Shown: one piece after another, positions 16,744 to 27,200 of the stretch
Position numbering within the stretch: position 1 is the first letter of the stretch
How the letters are laid out: every line of letters starts with the position of its first letter
The notes under the pieces: model-generated
The model's input: only the letters and a program-made list of their open reading frames with translations
Database searches by the model: none
What the model was told of the DNA's origin: nothing
NCBI GenBank assembly: GCA_964410185.1
Contig: CAYPFM010000002.1
Location: 6,047-70,046 of the forward strand
Direction: 5' to 3'
From: an uncultured Candidatus Saccharibacteria bacterium
Lineage (GTDB): Bacteria; Patescibacteriota; Saccharimonadia; Saccharimonadales; JAUPVS01
Length of the DNA stretch: 64,000 nt
Made by a program: the position numbers and the translations under genes

Positions 16744-19563
16744 ATGGGACAGACAACTAGTTTAGGAATGCGCCGGCTGTTTACACAGCCAAAAACCAAG
16801 GCTTACGACCAGCTAACATGGGTCAAGCGAGATTCGGTTCTGACTAATCCAATGACCAACAAGGCTGTCTTTGAGCAGTTTGATGTTGAGTTTCCAGAGG
16901 GCTGGTCGCAAAACTCAATTAACATTGTGGCTCAAAAGTACTTTACTGGTACGCCGGGCACCAAAGAGCGTGAAGATTCACTTCGTAAACTGATTGACCG
17001 GGTGGCCGACACGGTTACTCGCCAAGGTCTGCAAGAGGCCTATTTTGAGTCCGAAACAGAGGCCGAAGACTTCCGTGAGGAGCTCAAACTAATTTTGGCG
17101 ACCCAACGTGCCGCCTTTAACTCCCCAGTTTGGTTTAACATTGGCGCCCCCGAACGCTCTCAACAGGCTAGCGCCTGCTTTATTCTTGGTATCGAAGACA
17201 CCATGCAATCAATTCTTAACTGGTATACCGAAGAAGGCATGATCTTTAAGGGTGGTTCGGGTTCCGGCGTGAACTTGAGCGTTATCCGTTCATCAGTTGA
17301 AAAGCTTGGTAAGAGTGCTGGAACGGCCTCTGGTCCACTGAGCTTTATGCGTGGAGCCGATTCATCAGCTGGCGCTATTAAGAGTGGTGGTAAGACCCGT
17401 CGCGCCGCCAAGATGGTAATTTTGAACGCCGATCACCCCGACGTTGAAGAGTTTGTCTGGTGTAAGGCTATCGAAGAGCGTAAAGCCCGTGTGCTCGAGG
17501 CCGCAGGCTATGACATGAGCCTTGATGGTAAAGACATCTACTCGGTTCAATATCAGAATGCCAACAACTCGGTGCGTGTGACTGATGAGTTCATGCAATC
17601 GGTGCTCGATGATGACAGCTGGGATCTTAAGTCCGTTAAGACCGGTGAGACCGTCAAAACCGTGCGAGCCAAAGAGCTCTTCCGCCAGATCAACCAAGCT
17701 GCTTGGGAATGTGCCGACCCCGGTATGCAGTTCGACACCACCATCAACCGCTGGCACACCGCGCCTAACGCTGGTCGCATTAACGCCAGCAACCCTTGTA
17801 GCGAGTACATGCACCTCGATAACTCGGCCTGTAACTTGGCGAGCATCAACCTGTTGAAGTACCTCAAGGATGACTTTAGCTTCGACATCGAAGCCTTCAA
17901 GCACACTGTTGAAGTGATGTTCACCGCTCAAGAAATCTTGGTCGGCTACTCCGAGTACCCAACTGTTTCCATCGGTAAGACCGCCAAGGCCTACCGCGAA
18001 CTCGGTTTGGGTTACGCCAACCTTGGCGCGCTGTTGATGGCCCAAGGTTTGCCATATGACTCCGAAGAAGGCCGCGCTCAAGCTGCTGCTATTACCGCGC
18101 TGATGACCGGTCACGCCTACGCTACCAGCGCTCGCATTGCCCGCCGGGTTGGCCCATTTGCCGGCTTCCGCAAGGACCGCGAGGCCATGCTACGTGTGCT
18201 TAAGATGCACCGCGAAGAGGTTAGCAACATCGATGCCTCATCTGTTAGCGAAGAGCTATTAAGTGCTGCGGCCAGTGCCTGGGATGACGCCGTTGAGCTT
18301 GGCAGCCTGTACGGCGTGCGTAACTCACAAGCCAGCGTTTTGGCCCCAACCGGGACAATTGGCTTAATGATGGACTGCGATACCACCGGTATCGAGCCAG
18401 ACCTCGGCCTGGTTAAGGTCAAGAAGTTGGTCGGTGGTGGCACCATGCACATCGTTAACCAAACCGTGCCACGTGCACTCAAGGCACTGGGCTACGATCG
18501 AGCTCAAGTCGACGAGATTGTTGCCTACATTGATGTCGAAAAAACAATACTTGGGGCACCGCACCTCAAGAAGGAGCATGAAAATGTCTTTGCTTGCGCC
18601 ATGGGTGAGAACTCCATTCACTACATGGGTCACGTCAAGATGATGGCCGCCGTGCAGCCATTCCTCTCTGGTGCCATCAGTAAAACCATTAACATGCCAG
18701 AAGAAGCCACCGTCGAAGACGTTGAGCAACTGCACATCGAATCATGGAAGATGGGCCTCAAGGCTGTGGCCATCTACCGCGACAACTGCAAGGTTGGCCA
18801 GCCATTGTCGATGGGCAAGAAGGAAGGCGCTGTCGAAGACGCCGCCAAGGCTGCTGCCGCTACCGTCGCACCAGCTGAGGTGGTCGAGAGTATGAATGAT
18901 CGCATCATCGTTCGGGGCGCGGTTCGCCGTGAGCTACCGAAGATGCGCACCGCCAAGACCTTCTCCTTCAAGGTTGCGGACAGCAAGGGCTTCATGACGG
19001 TTGGCGAGTTCGAAGACGGCACCGCCGGTGAAATCTTCGTCAACGTCAGCAAACAGGGTTCTACTTTAAGAGGTATTCTGGACGCGTTTGCCATTAGTGT
19101 CAGCCACGGCTTGCAGTTTGGCGTACCGCTGAAGGACTACGTAAAGTCTTTGACCAGCATGTCCTTCGCGCCAGCTGGTATTACAGACGACCCAGACATC
19201 CGTACGGCCTCCTCAATCATCGATTACATCGCAAGACGACTGGCACTAACCTATTTGCCATTCGACGACCGCCTAGAGCTTGGATTAGCCTCAATGGACG
19301 ATATGCCCGACGAGCAGACCAGCCTACTCGGTGATGTGGTCCAGGAAGCCTTTGACGAGCAGCCAGCCACGATGGTGAGTGAAGAACCTCAGATTACGAT
19401 CAAAGAGGTGCGAACTGACCCCGTGGCCGCCATCAAGCAAGAAGTGAAATCACAGTCTGCCGATGACACGGCGCCGATTTGCTTCAACTGTGGCAACCAG
19501 ACGCAGCGCGCGGGAAGCTGCTACGTCTGTAGCTCCTGTGGCTCCACAACGGGCTGTAGCTAA
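16744..19563 (+). CDS. nrdJ: Class II (adenosylcobalamin-dependent) ribonucleotide reductase
   Basis: Active-site NPCSEYMHLDNSACNLASINL, plus a C-terminal Cys-rich zinc-finger tail CFNCGNQ..CYVCSSCG..GCS as in many class II RNRs. Confidence 0.9.
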   Translation: MGQTTSLGMRRLFTQPKTKAYDQLTWVKRDSVLTNPMTNKAVFEQFDVEFPEGWSQNSINIVAQKYFTGTPGTKEREDSLRKLIDRVADTVTRQGLQEAYFESETEAEDFREELKLILATQRAAFNSPVWFNIGAPERSQQASACFILGIEDTMQSILNWYTEEGMIFKGGSGSGVNLSVIRSSVEKLGKSAGTASGPLSFMRGADSSAGAIKSGGKTRRAAKMVILNADHPDVEEFVWCKAIEERKARVLEAAGYDMSLDGKDIYSVQYQNANNSVRVTDEFMQSVLDDDSWDLKSVKTGETVKTVRAKELFRQINQAAWECADPGMQFDTTINRWHTAPNAGRINASNPCSEYMHLDNSACNLASINLLKYLKDDFSFDIEAFKHTVEVMFTAQEILVGYSEYPTVSIGKTAKAYRELGLGYANLGALLMAQGLPYDSEEGRAQAAAITALMTGHAYATSARIARRVGPFAGFRKDREAMLRVLKMHREEVSNIDASSVSEELLSAAASAWDDAVELGSLYGVRNSQASVLAPTGTIGLMMDCDTTGIEPDLGLVKVKKLVGGGTMHIVNQTVPRALKALGYDRAQVDEIVAYIDVEKTILGAPHLKKEHENVFACAMGENSIHYMGHVKMMAAVQPFLSGAISKTINMPEEATVEDVEQLHIESWKMGLKAVAIYRDNCKVGQPLSMGKKEGAVEDAAKAAAATVAPAEVVESMNDRIIVRGAVRRELPKMRTAKTFSFKVADSKGFMTVGEFEDGTAGEIFVNVSKQGSTLRGILDAFAISVSHGLQFGVPLKDYVKSLTSMSFAPAGITDDPDIRTASSIIDYIARRLALTYLPFDDRLELGLASMDDMPDEQTSLLGDVVQEAFDEQPATMVSEEPQITIKEVRTDPVAAIKQEVKSQSADDTAPICFNCGNQTQRAGSCYVCSSCGSTTGCS

Positions 19564-19583
19564 CAGCTACACACCCTAGGGGA

Positions 19584-19614
19584 AAGAACCGGCCGCTTGG
19601 TCGGTTCTTTTTTT
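19584..19614 (+). terminator. Intrinsic terminator after nrdJ
   Basis: AAGAACCGGC-CGCTTG-GTCGGTTCTT followed by TTTTTT. Confidence 0.75.
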
Positions 19615-19710
19615 GTGCCCCAGCTAACAGAGTAAACGGACATAAAATGTTGTAATAAATATACACATTTAAGACAAAGTTCATAATTTTTGACCGAGCG
19701 GAAACACGAA

Positions 19711-19719
19711 TGCTATGCT
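19711..19719 (+). promoter_or_regulatory. Extended -10 placed for a leaderless mRNA of the 90-aa CDS
   Basis: TGcTATGCT-GGCTCT-ATG (N6). Confidence 0.4.
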
Positions 19720-19725
19720 GGCTCT

Positions 19726-19998
19726 ATGAAAGGTGGAATCACGCATGAACCAGTGACTATGTCGGCGCTACGAGAGCTGCTTACGGAGATGTTTGCAGTG
19801 CACGAGCAGCACATGTTGCAGAGCATGGAGACCATGATGGATGCCAAAATTAACCAACTGGATCACAACTTAACAGAGCTGATTAATGACTGCATGGAGC
19901 GAATCGATGAGCGGTTCAACCGTCTGGAGCGGGAAGTGGCCAAGCTGAAGAAGGGGATGCGGGTGATTAATACCCTTCAGGCGGCCTTCAAGCAGTGA
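19726..19998 (+). CDS. Hypothetical coiled-coil protein (90 aa)
   Basis: Heptad-like ..INQLDHNLTELINDCMERIDERFNRLEREVAKLKK. ATG is preceded by TGcTATGCT-N6. No family recognised. Confidence 0.45.
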   Translation: MKGGITHEPVTMSALRELLTEMFAVHEQHMLQSMETMMDAKINQLDHNLTELINDCMERIDERFNRLEREVAKLKKGMRVINTLQAAFKQ

Positions 19999-20299
19999 CT
20001 TTAGGGCTAAAAAAGAATGATAAACGAGGTGCAGCTGTGGATAACTTAAGCGGAATTTTTCACTAGTTGTTAAAAACGCAACGGTCAATGTGGCCATGAC
20101 AAATATCATGAAGCTAACCTATCAGACATAAGCGTCATGGAAATGTAAGAATTACATCAGAAAAATTGGCAAAAATGACCAGAATTTTGCGATTCGGTTG
20201 CATACAATTTTGTGCCTAAAACCCCTTGTGTATCAGGGGTAGAGAGCGCATAATTTTACTTGAAGTTCGAATTAATAAAAACCTAACAGCAGAAACCAC

Positions 20300-21211
20300 G
20301 TGGATACAAAAATTACACAACCTGGATACCGCTTTACCCCACAGACTGCTGGTTTTTCTTTACACGCGCGCGGGCGTGCACACGCGTATACGCGGGCCCG
20401 CGTAGGCATGGCTGTGATGGGTTTGCTCCTGCTGGTTAACCTGTTGCTGCCAGCCGCAGTTGCGGCTGCAACCCAAGCCTACGCCACCCAGGACAAGACG
20501 ATTACCAAGGGCATGGCCGTTGCGATTGCTGCCACCCAGCCAGCTGCTGGTGCTGACGCTCCCACCAATGTTGAGAAGTCGAGCGTGGGTCATGCCAGCA
20601 AAACCTTGGGCGTGGTGGTTGATCCGGCGAAGGACGCTGTTTCGGTGAGCGCCGAGGGTGGTCAGGTCTACGTTGCTACCACTGGTAGCGCCATGGTCTA
20701 CGTTACCGACCTCAACGGAACGATTCACAAGGGTGATTTACTGGCACCATCACCACTCCAGGGTGTACTGATGCGTGGCGTTGATGGCAGTCGGGGTATC
20801 CTGGGTATTGCCGTTGCTGATTTTTCATCCAAGACGGCACAGTCGGTGACGGTCAAAGACGAGGGCAGCCAGATCAAGGCCAAGGTGGGTCTGCTCCAGA
20901 TCAACATGGATACCAAGTTCACCACCAACGCACCCAACGCTGGCAAGACATTGCTGCAACGGGTTGGCGAGGCGGTCGTCCACCACGAGGTCAGCACGGT
21001 TCAGGTGCTGGTGGCGTTGGTGATTTTGTGTTTACTGCTGGTGGTTGAAGGTGGAATCATCTACGGCGCCATCAGCAGTTCAATTGTTTCATTAGGGCGC
21101 AACCCGTTGGCGAAGGCCACCATCATGAAGGGTCTTGGGCAGATTACCGTTTTGGTGATTGCCATTTTGGCCGTTGGGCTTGCAGCTGTTTACCTGGTGT
21201 TGTGGATATAA
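20300..21211 (+). CDS. Hypothetical membrane protein (N-terminal anchor, beta-rich ectodomain, C-terminal TM hairpin)
   Basis: GTG start; ATG 20408 is an alternative. Hydrophobic LLLLVNLLLPAAVAAA, and two C-terminal helices (VLVALVILCLLLVVEGG, ITVLVIAILAVGLAAVYLVLW). Its stop lies 3 nt before the giant gene. Confidence 0.55.
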   Translation: MDTKITQPGYRFTPQTAGFSLHARGRAHAYTRARVGMAVMGLLLLVNLLLPAAVAAATQAYATQDKTITKGMAVAIAATQPAAGADAPTNVEKSSVGHASKTLGVVVDPAKDAVSVSAEGGQVYVATTGSAMVYVTDLNGTIHKGDLLAPSPLQGVLMRGVDGSRGILGIAVADFSSKTAQSVTVKDEGSQIKAKVGLLQINMDTKFTTNAPNAGKTLLQRVGEAVVHHEVSTVQVLVALVILCLLLVVEGGIIYGAISSSIVSLGRNPLAKATIMKGLGQITVLVIAILAVGLAAVYLVLWI

Positions 21212-21214
21212 GCT

Positions 21215-24200
21215 ATGGAAGAATCAGCACCACAAAACCTACCACCGAAAGACGACATCATGACTCCTCTGGATAGTCTTGAGGGAACGACTCAGATGAA
21301 CGTCACACCAACCGTTGGCACCAGCCTAGACGGTGGGAGTGTAGCAGCACCGGCCCCAAATCGTGACCCAGTTCAGATTAGCGATGGTGGCGAAACAGAT
21401 GTTACCGAGGCTGCGTTGCCGGCCAATCGTTTTGCTGAGTTCTGGCACAACAAACTAATCCGTCGGGTTAGTTTGGCTTCGGGCATTTTGCTGGGCCTGA
21501 TCGCGATCTTGGTGATTGGTACGTTGATCTTCCAGAAGACCCACAAGGTGAGCCTGTCGCAAGCTGAGCGGGTTGCTCAAATCAAAGACCAGTCGGTTAA
21601 CCTGAAGGATACAACGGCCACAGCTGGCCCGGCTAGTCTGCGGGTTGGCGTTTCGACCTTCTTCGTCAACGGTGACGCCTCGGTGCAGGGCGTACTTCGG
21701 TTTAGCAACGGCAGTAGCTACGGTCAGTTCGATTCTAGCCAGGTTAGCGGTAGCCAAACCTACAAGCTGCCGAACTCCTCTGGTACCATCTGTTTGGATA
21801 GCGGCAACTGTTCGTTCGCCTCGGCCTCGGCCTTAGCTGCCGTCCAGAACGCGGCATCATCTGCTGGTGCTGCCGCTGGTGCTGCTCAAGCCACGGCCTT
21901 GGCCACTCAGTACATCGGTGGCAGCGGTATTACGGTATCTGGTAGCGTCATCACTAACTCCGGTGTTCTTTCAGTCAACGGCTCGGTCGGGGCAATTAAC
22001 TTACAAGGGACGGCCAACCAGATTGCCATTACCAACGCCAACGGAACAATTAGTTTGGCGTTGCCGCAGGATATTGGGTTGGCCAGCACGCCAACCTTTG
22101 GTGGCCTGGTGCTGAACAGCGTTGGAACGCAAAACGGCTTTAACTTGTGTGACTCGTCTAACAACTGTAGTTATGGGATTAACTCAATCGTCCAAGGTGG
22201 TAATGGTTTTGGTACGGACGTGATCGTAGGTGCCAACGATAACTCAGGGCTGCAGCTGATTACCAATAACACCACGCGACTCAGTATCACCAATAACGGC
22301 GTCATTACCTTGGGCGGTGCCAACAGTGACCGCATCACAGCCTTAGCCCAGTTTAGCGGCGGGACACCACTGGTCTTCCAGGGTGCCACCGACGACTTCT
22401 TTACGACCTCTTTGGTTATCACCAATCCAACCTCTAACCGTAATATCATCCTGCCGAACGCCGATGGTACGGTTTGTTTGAGCTCTGGTAACTGTAGTGG
22501 TGCCGGTGGTTATGGTGATGTCTTGAACGGCGGTAATAACTTTAACAGTACGGCCAACTTGGGTACCAACGACAACTTTGGCTTGAACCTCAAAACCAAC
22601 AACGTCACCCGATTTATGATTAGCAACACTGGTGCTACAACCTTACTGGGCAATGTGACGTCGTCGGCTGACGCGATTTTGGGTACCAACAGCAGTAACC
22701 GGTTGACGATTAACTCGCAGATTTCGGGTGCTACGCCGTTTGTGTTCCAGGGCGCCACTAATGATTCGTTTACCACCACCTTTACCATTACCGACCCAAC
22801 CGCTAACCGCAACATTACCTTCCCAAATGCCGATGGCACGGTCTGTTTGAGTAGCGGCAACTGTACCGGTCCGGTTGGAACCGGCGACGTCCTGCAGGGT
22901 GGTAACAACTTTGGCGGCACGATGGTACTGGGCAGTAACGACAACTTTGGCTTCAACCTAAAAACCAACAATACGAATCGTCTGACAATTAGCAACACTG
23001 GTGCGGCGGCCTTTACTGGTGATTTATCGGTGGCTGGCAACAATGTGTTTGGAACCAATAGTGCGAACCGGATTACCTTTAATGGCGAAGTATTGGGCGG
23101 CGCGCCACTGGTCTTCCAGGGTGCTACCGACAATGCCTTTGCCACCTTCCTGCTGGTAGCCGACCCAACTGCCACCCGTACGATTACACTGCCAAACGCT
23201 GATGGTACCATCTGTTTGAGTAGCGGTAACTGTACAACGTCGGGCGGTTCTGGTGACGTTAACAACGGTGGCAACAACTTTAATAGCACGATGAGCTTGG
23301 GTACCAACGATAACTTTGGCCTAAATCTCAAAACTAATAACACAACTCGCTTGAGTATTAGTAACGGTGGGCAGGTGACGGTGCAAGGGAACTTTGTGGT
23401 GAACGGCGACACACTGTTGGGTGCAACCAGCGCCCAATCTGTTACCATGCAGGCCCAAAACCTATTCGCGCCAAACGACCTCAATATTGATACGTACACC
23501 CAGTACATTGATACCACCAACAACCAAGTGGGCTTTGGTACCTTGCCACTGGGCACCGCCCGCGTCGGCATTTTAGCCACCAACGGCGGCGATGGTTTGA
23601 CGGTCAACAACGGCTTGAGTGCCGGTAACATCGCTAACTTCCAAGACAATGGTGTGAACGTGGTGACGATTGCCAACGAAGGTGCCACTACCTTCCGTAA
23701 TGCAACCAACTCGGTGGCCGCCTTCCAGGTTCAAAATGCCGCTGGAGCAACTATTGTGAACACCGATACCACCAACCGAACACTAAATGTGAACGGTGGA
23801 CCAAGCACCTACAGCTTTACAGCCAGCGGACCACTTTTGAGCCCGAAGGTTGACTATACAGTTGGAGCAAACCCATTGGGGGCCACTTATGGCGACTTTA
23901 ATGGTGATGGCTTCCAAGATTTAGCGATCGTAAACTCAGGCAGCAACACAGTCTCGATTTTGATGAATAATGGCAACGGCACGTTTGCAAACAAAGTCGA
24001 TTATACAACTGGCGTAGCACCGTTTGATGTTATTAGTGCCGACTTTAATGGTGATGGCAAGCCCGATATTGCGGTCGTTAACAACAGCGGTGGTGTAGGT
24101 GGCGGAAGAATGTCGGTCTTTATAAACAACGGCAACGGCACCTTTGCCGCCAAAGTCGACTACGTCACGAGTGATGGGCCATATTCAATCGTAACTGGCG

Positions 24201-27200
24201 ACTTTAACAGCGACGGTAAAGCCGATTTGGCGGTTATGGCATCATCCAGTAACGCCGTTTCGGTCTTTATGGGTAACGGCAACGGCACCTTTGCCGCCAA
24301 GGTTGATTACTCGGCGGGTAATTCTCCATCCAGCCTAACGACCGCCGATTTTAACGGCGATGGCAAACTTGATTTGGCGCTGGCGAGTCCAGGGACCAGT
24401 AGTGTTTCGGTATTAATGAACAACGGCAACGGCACCTTTGGTGCAGCAGTGAATTACCCGGGTGGCGGGGGTGCCCAGAGTATTCACGCGGTTGACTTAA
24501 ATGGTGATGGCTTCCCAGACTTGACGGTCGCTAATCTTGGGGCAAACACTATTTCGGTCTTCATGAATAACGGCAACGGCACCTTCGGTGCCAAAGTTGA
24601 TTACACCTCGGCGGCCGGTCCAATCATTATAAGTAACGGGGATATCAATGGCGATGGGCACCAAGATGTGGTCGTTGCCAATGTTACCGCTGGTACGATT
24701 TCTGTCTTTATAAACAACGGCAACGGCACTTTATCTCCTAAAGTCGACTTTACCAGTGGGGGCGGGCCGCGAGGCTTGGCAATTACTGACTTCAATGGTG
24801 ATGGTAAGACGGATGTAGTGGCATCTAATAATAATGGCGGCGTGACGGCTTCGGTATTCCTTGGCAACGGAACAACCACAACTATTAAGAATAGTCTTTC
24901 TGTGACCACCGCCTCGGCCTTTAATACCGCACTCTTTATTAAGGCTGCCGCCAACCAATCAGCCGACCTGCTTCGGGTAGCTGATAGTAACGGGAATAAC
25001 GCCATTTTAAGTCTGGGGGGTACCGGCTCATTATTTGTTAAGAATACAACCGACAGCACCACGGCGTTGCAACTGCAAAACGTTGCTGGAACCAATGTTC
25101 TAACTGCCGACACGACTAACAGTCGGGTAGGGGTGAATCTTGGCACCTTTGTGACCCCAAGCAACACCCTTACCGTGAACGGCATCACCACGGCTGACAG
25201 TCTGGCTCAGGTGGCAATTGGCACCGGCTCAGTCACGAATAAAGGATTGGTGATTCAGGGTGTAGCTAGCCAATCGGCCGACCTATTCCAAACCCAAACT
25301 AGTACTGGAGCGGTTACCGCCAGCATTGGCGCCACGGGCGCGGCATTATTTAAGAATAGTGCCAACAGTACCACGGCCTTCCAGGTGCAAAATGCCGCCG
25401 GCTCTAACATTATGAACATTGATTCAACCAATCGAACGTTACAAGTTAACGGGGGGCCAAGTACCTACACGTTAACTAGTCCTGGGGCATTGTTGGCGGC
25501 GAAAGTTGACTACACGACCTCTGGTGGAGCCGGCGGCCGTGGGGCGGCAACTGGTGACTTTAATGGTGATACCTGGCCAGACCTGGTGTACGTCAACAAG
25601 TCGGCTGGAACAATTTCTGTCTTAATGAACAACGGCAACGGCACTTTTGCGGCGCCCGTAAACTACACGGCTGGTACGGCCGCCAACTACGCCACCGTGG
25701 CCGATTTCAACGGTGACGGCAAACCCGACATTGCGGTGAGTAATAACGGGGTGGCGACAGTCTCAGTATTTATTAACAACGGTGATGGCACCTTTGCCGC
25801 CCAAGCAACCTACGCCATCGGGGCTGGTGCACAAGGTATTACTTCGGCCGATTTCAACGGTGACGGCAAACCCGACATTGCGGTTAATAACCAAACCGAT
25901 GGTACGGTCTCGGTTCTTATTAATAACGGCAACGGCACCTTTGCTACCCAAGTAACGTACGCAGCAACAAGTGGTCCACGTATGATTACAGCGGCCGACT
26001 TTAACAATGACGGCAAACCCGACCTAGCTGTAGCAGTGAATGGTGGCAATAAGCTTGGTATATTCTTGAACAATGGTAATGGCACCTTTGCGGCTATGGC
26101 ATCATACACTAGTGGTACTGGACCGTTTGGTGTAACGGCTGGCGACTATAACGGTGACGGTTTTAACGATGTTGCAGTAGGGAATACCATCGGCACTATT
26201 TCGGTGTTTATGAACAACGGCAACGGCACTTTTGCTCCAAAGGTTGACTATGCGGCGGCCACAACTGCTCCTGACGGTATGGGATCAGCCGATCTGACCG
26301 GAGACGGCAAGGCGGATATTATAGTAGCTAATGCTGCGGCTGGTAGTTCGGTTGTGTCGGTCTATGCCAATAATGGCAATGGCACCTTCGCTGCTCGCCA
26401 AGATGTAACAGCCGGCAACCAACCATTCAGCGTAGCCATTGCCGACTACAATAAAGACGGTAAGTTGGACGTGGCCACGGGCAATAACTCAACGCCAGGT
26501 ATTTCGGTCTACATGGGCACAGGTAGTTCGAGTACAGTTAAAAATAGCTTGTCTGTTACGTCGGCCGGCACCACCGACACGAGTTTGTATATTAAGGCGG
26601 TTAGCAGCCAAACTGGTGATTTGATCCGTGTAGCTGATAGCTCGGGTAACAACCCGATTTTGAGTTTATCAGCCACCGGTTCATTCTTATTACATAACTC
26701 AACCGATAGTACTACAGCCTTCTTATTACAGAACGTTGCCGGTGGCTACACGGCAGTGGCTGACACGGTTAATAATCGCTTTGGCATTAACACTGGTAGT
26801 ATCGTTGCGAGCAACACGTTGACGGTGAACTCGGCAACCACGGCCGACAGCTTGGCTCAAGTTATGATTGGTACCAACGCTACTACCAATAAAGGTTTGG
26901 TCTTGCAAGGTGTGGCCAGCCAGACGGCTAACTTGTTTGAAGCCCAGGATAGCACCGGAACCGTGGTGGCTAGCATTGGCGCCACCGGTACGGCTACATT
27001 GGCAGCCACGGCCGCATCATCGAACCTTGGTACGCTCACTTTGAATTCGCCGGGCTTGCCGGATAACTTTAGTCTTGGCGCATCAGTGTCAGTGAACGGC
27101 TACGTTTACGCGATTGGTGGCTCGAATGGGGCGGCCAAGAATAGCGTGTACTATGGCAAACTGAACCCTGACGGCACAGTTAGCGCCTGGACCACTTCGG

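Noticed and set aside
17365-18114. A 249-aa minus-strand ORF inside nrdJ.
   Set aside because: It is a shadow ORF antisense to a strongly supported RNR coding region. It has no motifs and no RBS.
20036-20044. A perfect DnaA box (TGTGGATAA) in the 300-bp non-coding region upstream of the giant-protein locus, raising the possibility of oriC.
   Set aside because: There is only one perfect 9-mer, and about 0.5 such matches are expected by chance in 64 kb on both strands. Neighbouring candidates are 7/9 matches at best. I saw no clustered boxes, no adjacent AT-rich unwinding element, and no dnaA or dnaN nearby.
21040-21211. Resemblance of the C-terminal TM hairpin of the 303-aa protein (SLGRNPLAKATIMKGLGQITVLVIAIL) to an ATP-synthase c-subunit loop (ARQPE).
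   Set aside because: The similarity is limited to a short polar loop between two helices. The essential helix-2 carboxylate is absent, and there is no ATP-synthase gene context.
22510-23709. A 399-aa ORF on the minus strand, plus many other 60-200-aa antisense ORFs between 21.4 and 33.4 kb.
   Set aside because: They lie entirely inside the giant + strand gene. They arise because its Gly/Asn/Thr-rich, repeat-driven codon composition leaves the opposite strand free of stops. Their translated sequences are low-complexity (P/L/V/K-rich) with no start context.
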